Assembly (NCBI GenBank): GCA_943704425.1
Contig: CALSCP010002427.1
Span: 1 to 64,000 of the forward strand
Direction: 5' to 3'
Source: Ministeria vibrans ATCC 50519
Lineage: Eukaryota > Protista > Filasterea
DNA: 64,000 nucleotides
The notes under the pieces were generated by a model. The model made no database searches. It saw only the letters and a list, made by a program, of their open reading frames with translations, and was not told the DNA's origin. Both the position numbers and the translations under genes were made by a program. Below, piece after piece: positions 63,701-64,000 of this stretch (within the stretch, counting starts at the first letter, position 1; every line of letters starts with the position of its first letter).

Positions 63701-64000
63701 CGCAGCCGTCTCACCAACAGTCTGGACCGTCCGTTCAATCACCACAGTGCCATTGGCGGCCACAATAAGACGTTGGGGACCGGCCAGATCGCCACGAAGG
63801 TGCACAGTGACACTGGGCGCCACAACCAGGCCTGCCGTTAGGGACAGTCTACTTCCCTGATACGTCTCCAAATTGACTGCAAGCAGTGCGTTCTCCTGCG
63901 CAGCAACGTCCACACCGAGATTGAATTGCTGGCCGTAGCCCACGTGCAGTGTTCCCGACCGGTCGCCCTCCACACGACCAACGTTCAGAGTAAAACTCAA
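27791..64000 (-). CDS. Giant single-pass type I membrane protein (>12,069 aa, 5' end outside the window): Gly-rich/beta-helix modules, EGF array, VWD, LamG/pentraxin, C8-like, TM, cytoplasmic tail
   Basis: 36.2-kb stop-free frame running off the window edge. About 23 modules of ~400 aa (64000-35580), tenascin-type EGF repeats (35575-30590), VWD-like TFVTYHG...LEGLFGSCNGDATSDF (30540-30060), LamG-like WTQVIFQW...WVVG...FEGEVDD...FKFDEGQG (29930-29270), and TM IPIIAGVVAAVALILLILLVCWCV (28846-28775) followed by RRRRRK. Confidence 0.95.
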   Translation of the reverse strand: MSFTLNVGRVEGDRSGTLHVGYGQQFNLGVDVAAQENALLAVNLETYQGSRLSLTAGLVVAPSVTVHLRGDLAGPQRLIVAANGTVVIERTVQTVGETAALPVVRWADVIVENQGLIDFQVDVVLDDVATLVTTGTIEVQSGGTIRSGALRLLCDQLHVHTGGSLNADALGFASGDSSAGAGVASTTGASGAGHGGRGGSGAAQATVGAAYGSVTHPVSLGSPGGDGNSGSQGGRGGGRLWVEVNSTVLLDGVISANGGVGESPRAGGGSGGSVYLETNRLHGVGRVSCDGGDGDANSARPGGGGAGGRVAVYYATQNARVEPFTGSLRAFGGAGHTGSSGSSSSGGAGTVYTSETLVSAASHTRLLVDNNGAANAVSSDDVADWMSLDVDSGRTWLVGGETLFVDELHVNGSAHLAMEGENSMLAFTKFYSDGSGRLHVGDSQRLGASGLSGSLTINTNTRLYDGATLTFANETTLSNCVVDAAGGSTVIDGAWNVTLWRGASLRLDQDSAMVRADKTLVVNETAQVDTFSLVVGGAGSLLSVAVPPNEDAPAHLISDYIDVRGDGRILSDRLDIDAVEFSLARLATVSANGGGDTAGAGDGAGFAHADGGSGGSHGGLGGPGQWQTSRRFAYGSTYLPVSIGSGGGGAQGAPGGGALRINVTMVFLVEGTVSADGNASDTSSAGGGGSGGSVQVHTGSLVGFGVISANGGNGDPTTSTAGGGGGGGRVAVYCTTALCSAFQGVIRSMGGSSFGTAQSGGAGTVYSEDASSKVLRVDNGGATSSRMGTRMENDGGLLDLSGGTTTNQLYTAPGSIATVSSSSNIRNGASNWLNLFDGSQGSTSDSWALWTSATTTLTVTLASSAYVRKVRIYPACSASTESLFSVSVGSTAKTDGDVDPSGCSPGMFTDVYVDETTSTVTIVVTRSGGTRPALGEIQVFLGGENPVAQRYLHQAEQPTAAWILESEDGATHTFDVLYVAQGAQLAFMANNSVLGSDTASEVPDTMSIATALLSGDVTGVVHVGSSQTLTVTSVSDGASTLFPTSLRVYDEGTLVSPSTLAVGGTGATWELWAGRVSGLTALTVGQAAQIQVNQGSRVGNGATVDDTVDLASLRIAANGNLTFTRPQLNLTVTMALTGDLTVESGGMLSARRLSATVGGTIDVQHGGVLTVAENGYDVLDADAPVGTSGVGVFDTTQGASGGGHGGTGGAGTTHTTVGGVDGSVRMPTLSGSPGGPGTDQGLVYPAIRGDRGGRGGGALYLAAAQAIVIEGTVTADGGTTASTGGGGAGGSLWLVSGSAISGYGSITARGGGSTGAGGGGGGGGRIALYRLTGTVFNGTLSAAGGSSTASDDGGAGTVYQNTAATNVSYLLVDGGGSATPSTQEISDGVYTDVTDVSGVTWINFGEGETDQLYDVIDVRGNAHLAFMSTATTPPLSLTLAARFLNGDRTGVVHVGYNQTFSVLYVDANTPVSTVGYPHVSSLYVDNGLPVAAFGYPASRALSDDYDLPLNMYVYPEATLALESLSVRMTSVFVDVRGIMGGAVTHVAVASAGSWTLSSEGRSSDYGTNASTYTFESVSIQSGGLITVDTLVDEPDVHLVVGDALTVKANGELNANALFVSASSVLVARGGLVTSETRGDAAASGMSPGLSANVLGGTAGGTGAGHGGRGGRAALREFSVAAYGDFTMPVHFGSGGGNGGAGLLGGAGGGRLRWNVTNTLTVDGTVTSGGEAAQGNFAGGGSGGSVWMEANVIAGRGVIAADGGAGYDDATRGGGGGAGGRIALYHREAGSLFAGVSRARGGSGESQRGGAGTVYEATPTGSELRVDNEQTTSAPSPRISMVQSLMLTSGSGGTGTSSTYIAPSGVVISTTGTPRTANNLANVASPGGDATSSYATSAASATLTIALPTTLYVDHVRVTPVCELLFDTNVRVSVVLGSVETDVQTVAQTTTGCTQGEAQILYVRQRVDDVLVHLARETGATSSALNGIEVYVTEDPTDTQQALAWTAYEGAAVVLQTPAEVSEPLILTNVHVNGSASLLFGSHAGVTLTGAWFGDYTGLWVLRANQTLDVTAATRNLTASIHVSAGATWSVHDSLTCVDSELLLEGTVSPGLTRQFDLRRSCSVVLDMGAVASPYCVSELTVGTSSSLELRTSEAFPLAHVNGTSLLVKSSGTLLGTHMLLSHDSVVLESGGVVHADAVVTAGGLGVGTAAASGSSGAGHGGAGGRGTGTAVRGLPYSHGDSFSSVVPPAYTLARAQSLYLNDSGSTGGAAVFLTHGAGAGGGVIAVSARRVNLDGTIRAVGGTATGAAGGGGSGGMVYVTVSETLAGDYGALVDVSGGAGDAATGGGGGAGGRATVVYGGSVEFSGRFAAVGGSGVTESGAAGTVTVAAASGTNMSVYVNNEGAATAVATSIITLGTYNDVASDEARTMLVGSVNITELHVYGGAHVRFGMDTVNAAAVCQQIFGDLTGKLHVGPTQMLTTSTSTVPAHLHVYEQGEAVMPNTMAVRSVVATFDGRLSGVDNLVVGGTAAEIHLNEMIDASGAPTEELTFTTMRVRSGGLLNSRNALRTRTLRGTTFEVDGGGAVTASSLFVDVDEVIVHAGATVTLSVPSASFSDFVASNFSGAGFDLTTDGGIGAATGGSHGGAGGRSDTRQYAPLAYGSVTSPSAYGSPGGVTTPSPAIAGILKVAAANKMTLEGLVDARGASATSALGGGASGGSVWIVTPSFGGAGTVRVTGGAGGASGGGGGGGGRICVDANDQSLFHGHLLAQGGESTREPGAAGTVYRTGNGTRSLTLDNGQRLPSTERVLPDELWQLENGVAASLLQYTAPNGVVLRVISGTVREMADIVDNVTTVGGVENAVTSVVGAMTALALEEATGTLLVSLPRASLVSRVRIFPVCGAATYETTFAVSSSYDGLVTAHSHEVPSPIANTDCVNGDFFDVTIDRRVDNVTLALTSANAGTFVSVGQVEIYFGSRTTASHSAIDVLSDAARTWLSASMFDGGAVDVDVLAVTGGAHVAVLDDAPADLTMNTLLGDTSGALHVGPSSTATITAYSSSSSGNWEVTSGALPASAYVTTGATLAAPAATTVLNVTLANNGTITGVTDITVAPLGTLIAGVESRVGDASPAGTWSLSSLAIDTGSMMSTGVVGDATRLTVLASSSVSLSGGSSLAGSNVHVSSPTITIDEGALVSVAGVTDTTANGLHGACNATRDGLGVSNGSGGGSGGSHGGSGGVSTPATSTTATPFGDSEETILPGGCGGSGGANDRGGGAGGGVLRLTATTLVHIDGVVNADGADAVSQTGGGGGAGGSIFIDVSAGSLTGQGTIRARGANGASLGGSTLVGGGGGSGGRVSARFSASGSGFSGDWLANGGSSGAFGIAQPGGAGTLMKLNGTHRTLTVDNANHDMFFELVRSPLSQDTTRTWLDVPSTHTGFDEIVLLRNGHLLLRGSGALNVSLVGDGTGALHVDATQSVEIHSVQSPLGASLVVYVNGSAILPTTVTVRGTSLNVAGSLDGLRELTVEQSGSLVVGDTATAPSDTTTTGKIVLDTLLVNNGGSVSGNAMTLAVSTDVTVRGGGIVTADSLSLTTANLTLEEGGLIHANEGGFAAMSGPGAATTAQGGGSHGGKSGSGGEPYGSLAHPVLAGSGGGDAAGGGVISIEVTGVLVLEGNVTATGADGASGGGGAGGSVYVNVGAQVVGNGTLSANGGVGVLSGAHGGAGGRVALVTTTETAATISLYARGGAGVAASGAPGTAYIVNGTLVRLLVDNDGAAPSTVRLSDASQGALTDLSTIGTGHAWVLDASSYAFSDLLLSGGGHVVFLPMGGVNASVSTASLDGDRTGGVHIREGVAFSIGLEGSATLASSVYAYRGSETAFPPVFTYTDVTIDVSGYVGSIANATIGAGGMFRVRSMVDRSWHTLTQIQGVQQLTVGGGGHLVFDSEDTYTFLGLVASTVNVSTGGALEANLLRLDVDSLFVERSATLTALAGDISGQGDGVGANDGGSYGGAGGGVGISRAYGSLDYALEVGSRGGGGAARAGGVIDVRATTEVNIEGDMLSVGANAVTGGGGSGGSIFVETYLLSGQGGVHVTGGAGESLVGNGGGGGRISMHFVTNTYSGPFRTSGGSGVLGGASGTVFTRDTLGPNQEDQVLMVDNAGVLTESQTLLGTSSTSHTFALVNMTGAAQLNLGSDNATLVATQLSGDNSARIFVSAFTSFSSSFFLFQPDIARVLSSLETSLYLPVAMTVESNGVFYCPNDVRLLDHVSVIDGTVVGAQNLTMENSHVDVGPSGAVAPLLTSAVAARVAFESLSVEGDSVLTMNRTESEYTLDVTSLAVESRIVGRRLTIASALSVSVAASASISVDGGGELAGVGVGAGVTDVLGSSGGSHGGVGGAGSGTSVHGEPYGDVFAPVAFGSGGGGGSLVGGAGGGYLSIVAGGDIAVNGRISAVGEAALASGGGGGSGGSIQISAASMSGRGHVDASGGSGFINETVFDAGGGGGGGGLIYVETDTALATEWAVEFVSVGGASRVETGGPGLVLQQVKGAGDAGRRLVVDNGRARPSSTAIVVNAALAVTTDSARAWFPFDPLRPVVAFGTLDVRGHLVVEGDALNGTAVFSATTVSGSAGEGALHLLGEQSATLGTGDPLTLPFSVYAYDTATVSLAAALTLRGERLVLSVDRSAALSGVNDVVLQHGATLSMGTTAHTSGASAGTFAFASVLANSTTSLLASPGPVTLEVDTLQAASTVTITATVVAALNSTIGDPTPHVYASFLSGVECPNGEDSLELELTAGESCFLVAKSYDFNMILVRDGATLTFLGDTTGTVDTVVTAEEIVVLDGGQVIIEGRQLGSPVVSAGDGVASTLSGSGGGHGGEGGAGADALVGGVSFGTINEPLGYGGHGGGANGGRGGGQIRLSIFVRLYVDGVIDVRGGEGTSNSGGGAGGSLTVQTVTLAGGGQLDVRGGNAAGLGGGGGGGRANINVAESYLFTGSILAEGGEGYVYGAGGTVFVEKQQEGIKTLYVDNADSLAVGSTVVDFFGGDLVLTTLSLVGGARIVLGDIVSSVTAQQLYADERSCRVTLSALQQTFTVSAMTAATSEMTCGLTIPDGSTANLLSVGVSLTLASSAGYDIRGDLIVPSVLTVGEAVSMSLTTPGRVNAYLIGGDAATAFAFSSLTVAGGAQVSLMSNATLTGTSLVVQTGAVVSGDLIEVNVLTLTIESDATVTVAGRGATSAYGAGADAVSGGGGGAHGGQGGAGVGGLGGAGHGNILTPLVPGSPGGVGSGATGAIGGGVIFVSAGGDVRIDGELNADGADGTNNGGGASGGSVYVSAGGMSGNGRVVARGGAGDGANGGGGSGGRVAMVTPFSSTTFVGALDVRGGASGNEAGASGTAYERFQTTDGSTVQRVFINNAGTSTSAATVLLPASGDDVLDLGRVDIRGGSHVTVIPVPYVLASTSISELTGDYSGVLFVPTNQTVALQVTGGVDTSVAFALPCAIRIAAESVVFLPPALHVRRTPAPAFSLGGMMRGVNSIDVDGGAEVLFEATARTASTAVTQAVGSIKMPTLLVGDGGVVTFESGTVEAMILDSVYTRVRYGGAIVSPWLSLGVVALQVDPSGEISATGLGNGVTTGGAYGGQSLTDEPYGSFTAPVSHGSDGSGGIGAGRAGGVLSVSAETLVLDGKVSSDGEAASATSNNGGGSGGSVYIVCSDALSGTGVVSVTGGAGDGTGGGGSGGRAAVVLDGSAPAWSGTFVVHGGTASATPGASGTGYQQTRTGAVVESVLHVDNAGLATSRRTIISNATTVQLSQLHLNGLAQLQLEQLSGPTAPVVAVNATASVDNAMSISSLMGDMSGTVHVLNNVVVNVDTTESTTRISRIPASFVVDEDAEVRFPATTTITGASFTLAGTMSGVHDFTVATWRTLAVASTARTAQIVEGVYAAASPRGELVFNAFLAREGSTITYQATSLVVGTSTTLNYLSRFVTAEATLFTDSLAVRSGATLSAAELGPAAELGSGAGSNGGGGASHAGGAAAYGDVFVPVDAGSGGGNAAGGALGGAGGGMLSVTASGSVTVDGTVTAAAADGSAADAGGGSGGSLYVDAQTLSGIGVLDVRGGEASGDGNGGSGGRIGVRLQGGWGDFTGTFGASGGVTSGTGTAGAAGTVYIRSDLLTASDHQYLSVHNGGAPTTEVTLVQSTGVTNFTLDALVVAGGARLVYSGDALYTLSVVGDTTGHVHATPGQALHLQATDEGGGALHTSVNLEVDLGATLVVPPTLVVNGTTLLLSGTLLGTRSLSVIRGGSLVLGSLAESGIEEYMPGAGAHLFATMTLSGTGRVTVESNLQLSVGTLTVRHGATVAADLFNVSATDVLIESGGILTAAGRGGQSAVGRGVDSAGVGGSGGGHASIGGTAAAGGALAGGVAHGSMLAPSSAGSHGGDGEGVLAQGGRGGGIVRIDASGTVRVDGTVTVSGAIGVGMNGTGAGGGSAGSLFVTAPVLTGIGTLDATGAAGDGLDSGGGAGGRIAVVATQSNSFTGTYTALGGEGSGNGGAGGAGTVYLSTGEERELRIDNGGRAVSQVVTVDETGVREFTFDRVELLRGGSLEFVNDAVATDVTIASLVSDGSGQLQVHAQQVVRVETRTSARTVTRLQANLIVDVDGEAVMATTLRVAAEFDGLTLHGRLSGVVDMLVEESRAFVLGDAGHNALAQNDTNVFVGAASTLRLASLDLSSGATMQAGRVTLDVGSAYVEHGATVTCVSLSVLGDTLDVSGTVTTAEQITASAAGGTSSGAGHASSGGTASSGVVAGGVAHGTLYAPVLDGGAGAPGSGAQTGGAGGGSVLVDVAVELSLDGTITCAGGAPASIASNAGGGSGGSVYVTAPLVTGFGAVSVDGGAGGTGGGGGGSAGRIAIVVAGATPASTDFALSAIGGAGSGTGGDGGPGTVYLEDKRAIVAHRELRVDNADRSVALTVALGSNSTVTAHAFDVLHLERRAHIEVDEDGSAATLTATTITGDRSGLVTVNANQTFVAAVDAWAAPPVNVHVRDGGVLTAASSLTLSGTLTPALQLAGRLDGVRQLRVGATATMEVEATCQTSPPGALTTPASALQFSEWTVKRAGQVTFASDMEASLTVSEWHVNHDASVVARHFNVTVGTLVVDSGARINTDGLGVALGSGLGEGTSRTQGGAGGGHASTGGVGSNAGTAGGVAYGSMTAPSLSGSAGGSGAQAGGIGGGILRVQAGSEIVVDGTLSSDGAAAAASSSGGGGSGGSLWLTTEALSGIGLVSASGGAGDAGVATGGGAGGRVAVHVASDARTFTGTYAALGGDSGGSGTSTRGGAGTVYVADTRDEVVFRRLAIDQSLGAVTQTVLVDEWTNAFDELCLVRQAAIEFTGANVVVDVRDVCGDGTGLIHVRTDQAVTLEAVEGAESEMVLDTRVTVDVNGTLTLPRSVLVSTSSLVTLNGYIEGVVSLVVDTGRTVTVGAMARVGEEATATGEVRLAQLTVGETGTLTFTVGPHTLNVAQLSLEQGSTLVAANTLTVSATTVTIDVSASLDMSGNGLTTTHLGDGASTGDGAGHASAGGASLSGVGGDAYGSLYAPVLPGSAGGGGTGGTGGGAVRVTVAERMTVDGTLTVQGEPATGSGGGGSGGSVFIEAVNFAGVGTVTADGGAAPGGSAGGGSGGRIAVLTTGLLTFSGTYSSAGGSGGQSQGGAGTLYREYVEAGSLITRNFLRVDGGGSALRVVHAFNDTATRVNGAAVTPARYVFDELSIVGGAAVEVHSSLEGDVLEARLLTGDGTGWLHVQRLQTMHAETATDAQVVFEVDLDAALVLPAHTTFRVPTAPYAFRGTLTGVTHLTLDGSVQVELGNSTGLVSMALLRLETSSTLTVDDGGALLKVGTFEVRRSANVYADELVVQANALVVAVDGSISTVSRGSTVPVNSAFTSVRWPTAAGSGGAGGGVLRLLVATEAQVDGMLTSAGGVAATSGGDGGAVLLTATSLRGMPSGVISATGGVGGTLGGTGGRVSLLLNGTSSGYHGSWEAYGGDTAGAAGAAGTVYLENTPRGVDARALVAGELVPTVRWLYVDNAERVTLGPGVQTSLDSMEVDHIVLQGTAVLSVAGNATLDVLKTATGAGTATLVVSASERVRLGHETQTSLTVNIPWRLDVEDGGELVLPPHVRFTSAANDWQGCLTGVRELTVLTALDVALTATTRVEENGGSIVQHATEAGNVTFASLTLGGDATLTLTHALGEHLRVSTNEMHLEQGSSLVTSGSLLTLEAQRLWLEPEAVVDARGSGDTAVSRVNGGAAHGANGAADGADAFGSMSAPETRGEGGESGNGGGVVHVDVCELFQLDGSVLASGEANGGGAGGSVFVEAGRIAGDGAVRVDGAAESTFGGAGGRVAIVAGSGTFEGTLTAVGGTGGVSDGGAGTVYTKTGAQSPVVVVDRASLNTNATTPLEAGVYQALYLRGGADVLLADETASLSIEQHLGGDGTGMFRLDRTHTLMVQQTDDVPFVGGVRFRMTNASATLMLPSTARLLGDNVLTPGAISSTLRYLTVGAAANVLLDGNATYAQLRLVDGARMGHGAATAQLTVASILIESGATLTAVGVESLAVTCGTFAVEHGGRVELGSEGGAGTDSVLEPTQLGASGSGGSGGSGGGAIAVHAGTLVRINGVVSASGISATAGGSDGGHAGSVWLTAAQVDGWSGEIRADGGAGDNGGRGGRVSLRATTLLAYAGLQTAYGGAGTSNNGAAGTVALQHESVTVVIVDNGGRTSASATTEMSSGTYDALYLGGAAAVTLADASTVLTVTTLSGDTTASIQVAASERLVVNGLAQALRVNVNVLDNGLLHLPHLTSVVDGVTLSLLGQILEWDHVMVSRGATVEMEATTNGGAIVLSSLTLASTATVSLVGDAMSLSVSLLDVRHGTTLSVSQMHVRAESIVVEATATIEADGRGDAAQSGSGAGGDGTNASGGGHGSQGGSLTGSPAAGIAYGSMVTPVTVGSGGGNSGGGAGGGAIRVDATTVRVDGTLGAQGEAASSNRAGGGAGGSVLVSASSLIGRGVLRCDGGLGQTTGGGGSGGRVSLTVTRGRSGWYGQFTALGGQHGASAQSGGGGTVYEAHASQVTIDNGNAGLTRTVALESGVGLVSLVLLGQATVQGTSMDVDEVWGDDSGSRVIVDAGTIFTFGLVRGVDVTVAATGELVFDSAASARASLTATVPVSRTWDVQGNLRGVDRLEVAGTLTLAANSHAFATSLVVSGTLTVEGTIRAGTVRVAHAGVCTASDPLTVYTETLSIERQGTLGGTSDVDGTAPATNSGGGGGCSGGSGAGHGGVGGVGCSQSAGTVGGTYGVACQPLLAGSRGGPTGGGDGGAAVHVVAETRIDVQGQVNVDGVAATAAGGGGSGGSAWLDALEIVGYGTVSARGGAGGVSGAQQGAGGAGGRVAVFAPGDAFAYLGVSILATGGAAGGVGAGVGGDGSVCLTGPVCNGNGTPRANGTCVCDADYLGVTCEIHCPATACTNGNGVCDSTGQCVCNAGFGGVDCEHTCVGCSECDYAGACLCTDCGCADAPLCSGAGTCQGNETCACDPCRSGSQCETECGGHGSCDASACVCAPGWTGTLCLEPACNCTAHGSCVPSSGLCVCDAGWTGVACNTPVCPGDCSGVGVCDGATETSPVCTGCPADRVGADCGTVCDRGTVTQGVCVCDPCYGGVGCDVECGGEGVCSGGTTCTCNNGWSGTLCTTRSCPNDCSAHGACVSESGQCDCDARWSGVDCATPSCPTACSGGVCAYSATALEPVCTCASSELLGDGCEQSCLNGGTALDVDTCSCAACFGGDRCGDQCSGHGVCNGLGTACDCEEGWRGSLCEIAACPGTGGVDCSGHGACDCNSHACLCTFGWTGSDCATPDCPGTVDCAGQGTCDALTSLCVSCDPTWMGTGCDEPCVSGSANSEGICVCDPCFAGAGCDSECSGHGTCSVGVCGCNDGWSGTLCSEAVCPSGCSGQGVCNGETGECVCDEGFFGANCAVATCPNDCSGEGVCGGDHVCTCNAGFFDDDCGRECLNGAVVDGLCVCQACFTGATCDTECSGEGTCSVGVCTCNSDWTGALCDEPSCPQGCSGHGVCNKARGECDCSVGWSGVDCATAVCPGGGNCNGRGTCSTAGDVPTCIDCAVGFMGPACADVCQNGASPSGGDVCTCDACYSGAGCTVECSGRGTCTLGVCECSSDTSGFRGSLCELQGCPGVGGVSCSSHGTCNAETQECQCDNGWTDADCNTADCPGTPDCNGRGTCDASGGGVPVCTACAAGFFGDACETTCAFGTVVAGACVCDACYSGISCDVECSARGTCNVGVCDCGSATSGFRGDQCELQACPGVSGLSCSGHGVCVGALQVCICSDGWSGNDCNSADCPGAPECNGRGTCDRSGAEPVCIECASGFMGVACEVPCDHGTSPSGGTVCTCDACYSGVSCDVECSGRGTCTLGVCECSSETSGYRGTQCEEQACPGTGVSCSGHGVCIGALQLCVCDDGWSGEGCNQQDCPGTPDCNGRGTCDTSGEVPVCINCVGPWMGDACDEACVNGVVSASNDECVCDTCYGGAGCTTECSGEGTCTLGVCVCTNDYRGDLCERPGCPGATEDCSGHGTCDGRTQTCMCLAGWSGDDCNTPECPGTPDCNGRGTCDGSVEPHVCRDCDVGYMGVACDTVCNGVQEPMDSGVCVCNACDSGPSCLTTCSGQGTCGLVLGVLACTCNEGFSGDRCENVDCPGEPDCSDHGACLVTDTGNGTVSECICNPGFGGDDCSTLVCAGEPTCSGRGVCTLLPGAAAPECVCEHGKGGAACDECGQFFAPPNCDRCLDEYIGFPLDCSTHCRHGEAVGDNEDICRCFNSTSQGYWMDGPGAGGGGCTVCLTGWGGDSCNVCAPNYYSEGHCTIQCIANQGRYFDPIADAINPDTDYLNPTLDRVITGGTSPVTVRVNCARSNGTVNTVWFGYTNDNAHAVSIAVGAQNRFTGADASLGQVTTFRAGTVANAFVVHLNASAPAVAWQVRYTTGNSFSSVSSDAVGVPTCTGDEEVFATPALITAVQDTGFCLCAFGFWGDGCANECPKGTTNGLVCGGNGVCDVNTGVCECEGNWRGSEVCDECTTGFSGASCTIATIGLPDDATTSTAVSAPGGTFVTYHGVQYPLFPLGDFFLSRGGTVLMAGRFGVCGEASCLTSAVVSMNTTAGVIRVEVTGEGAVYLNGTATTLVAGAPAVGLQPVEAGYTLRRTKTIEYTIAGGNEQLVVLRVGSTLGVGTISLTSRVPLNECVLLEGLFGSCNGDATSDFRTGPSTTLTGTAVTPEALATQFAPYFELTAGESVALFAEVAVNVTGAGFCLRYDGQGSAVSVNVVNTFSFGAAPGMTLSVYVRGTNETAGAGGVFLSYAETFALSNQGGTLRVQYQPTASDVDTALAMAVNEWTQVIFQWLDDGSDLQVYTIDAARAVHGPVAVSLDANALQPGSRWVVGAFGEPAEALRRRRRAVGSGVFEGEVDDMTVRDTAALNSTQLLAQYGSRVSGTSTGVESLFKFDEGQGSDTQDSVAPTIGRLGLTSSSSPTWVTSDAPVDLPPLSSAGEAVPFTNTTLEVEANAECAALVNAVNGTLDCGVYVSVAAPFYEQQCVQLTALQSSLADGLDSVMAYVAQCQSLTNSSGGDQAVLTALCSTLDSERFVDWITRWCIPDAVAAGSSSGVSGSIPIIAGVVAAVALILLILLVCWCVRRRRRKAEEEANGGGATTLHSKRMSSTQELHAEAADGEAIQMHDMSVRQYDNYQRRFSLVKDTAREAAMLTVGGAVFRGGGSDRDLAEQARLAKAELEAEGTRMGYNDVIQEGDETLKDKTDDLGVFVDDENFDEGERYTGAPRRRMHSPPPLADVSDDGGDDDDDDDDDDGGEDYAYGDDDDEDDEYGEYTGRSKPRLRSPPPTRAPIMAFSDVLLFQTDDEAEMARVRDREQTQRTAVSGVPPLPVTTPTASSLPPSQPVFSFTADPEEEAHEVELERQRRMERAMLGANTSSDAKAVPSMLSGEHQVVPMPSGGAVDDDDEELI

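Noticed and set aside
27862-63841. Many long ORFs antisense to, or frame-shifted within, the giant gene (e.g. 34645-36468 +, 32299-33837 -, 57287-58540 +)
   Set aside because: These are shadow ORFs caused by GC-rich, Gly/Val/Ala/Thr-biased codons, and they show no recognisable domains.
27791-64000. About 8 RGD tripeptides in the giant protein as integrin ligands
   Set aside because: With very high Gly content over 12,000 aa, several RGDs are expected by chance, and they do not sit at a consistent module position.

Overview
Eukaryotic chromosome end. The window opens with a (CCCTAA)n telomere (TTAGGG type). The genome is compact, with GC-rich coding sequence and short GT-AG introns that often contain microsatellites. 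Gene content suggests a unicellular holozoan or related protist; this is inference and the species cannot be determined. Layout: (1) About 9 kb of subtelomeric accessory region holding an L-domain-like fragment, a secreted cubilin-N-terminus-like protein, a headless Roco (COR) gene, an intronless bacterial-type PF10118 metalloenzyme gene and an inverted-repeat element. (2) A RapGEF-like RasGEF gene. (3) A 10-N assembly gap that must hide several kb. (4) A tight, intron-rich cluster of the OGDH 3' end, MOSPD1-like, LSM8 and SPO11, all reconstructed by hand. (5) An intronless 2799-aa NO VEIN/sacsin-like GHKL ATPase-DUF3883 nuclease gene. (6) A small spliced secreted protein with reelin-repeat-like motifs that the ORF track misses. 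(7) The last 36.2 kb is one uninterrupted ORF encoding the C-terminal >12,000 aa of a giant type I membrane protein. It has about 23 Gly-rich/beta-helix modules of ~400 aa with inserted discoidin-like domains, 40+ EGF-like repeats, VWD, LamG with an internal furin-type site, a C8-like domain, a TM helix and a Tyr/Pro/acidic tail ending DDDDEELI. This protein is the best candidate for an undescribed system. All family calls come from motif recognition by eye, not database searches.
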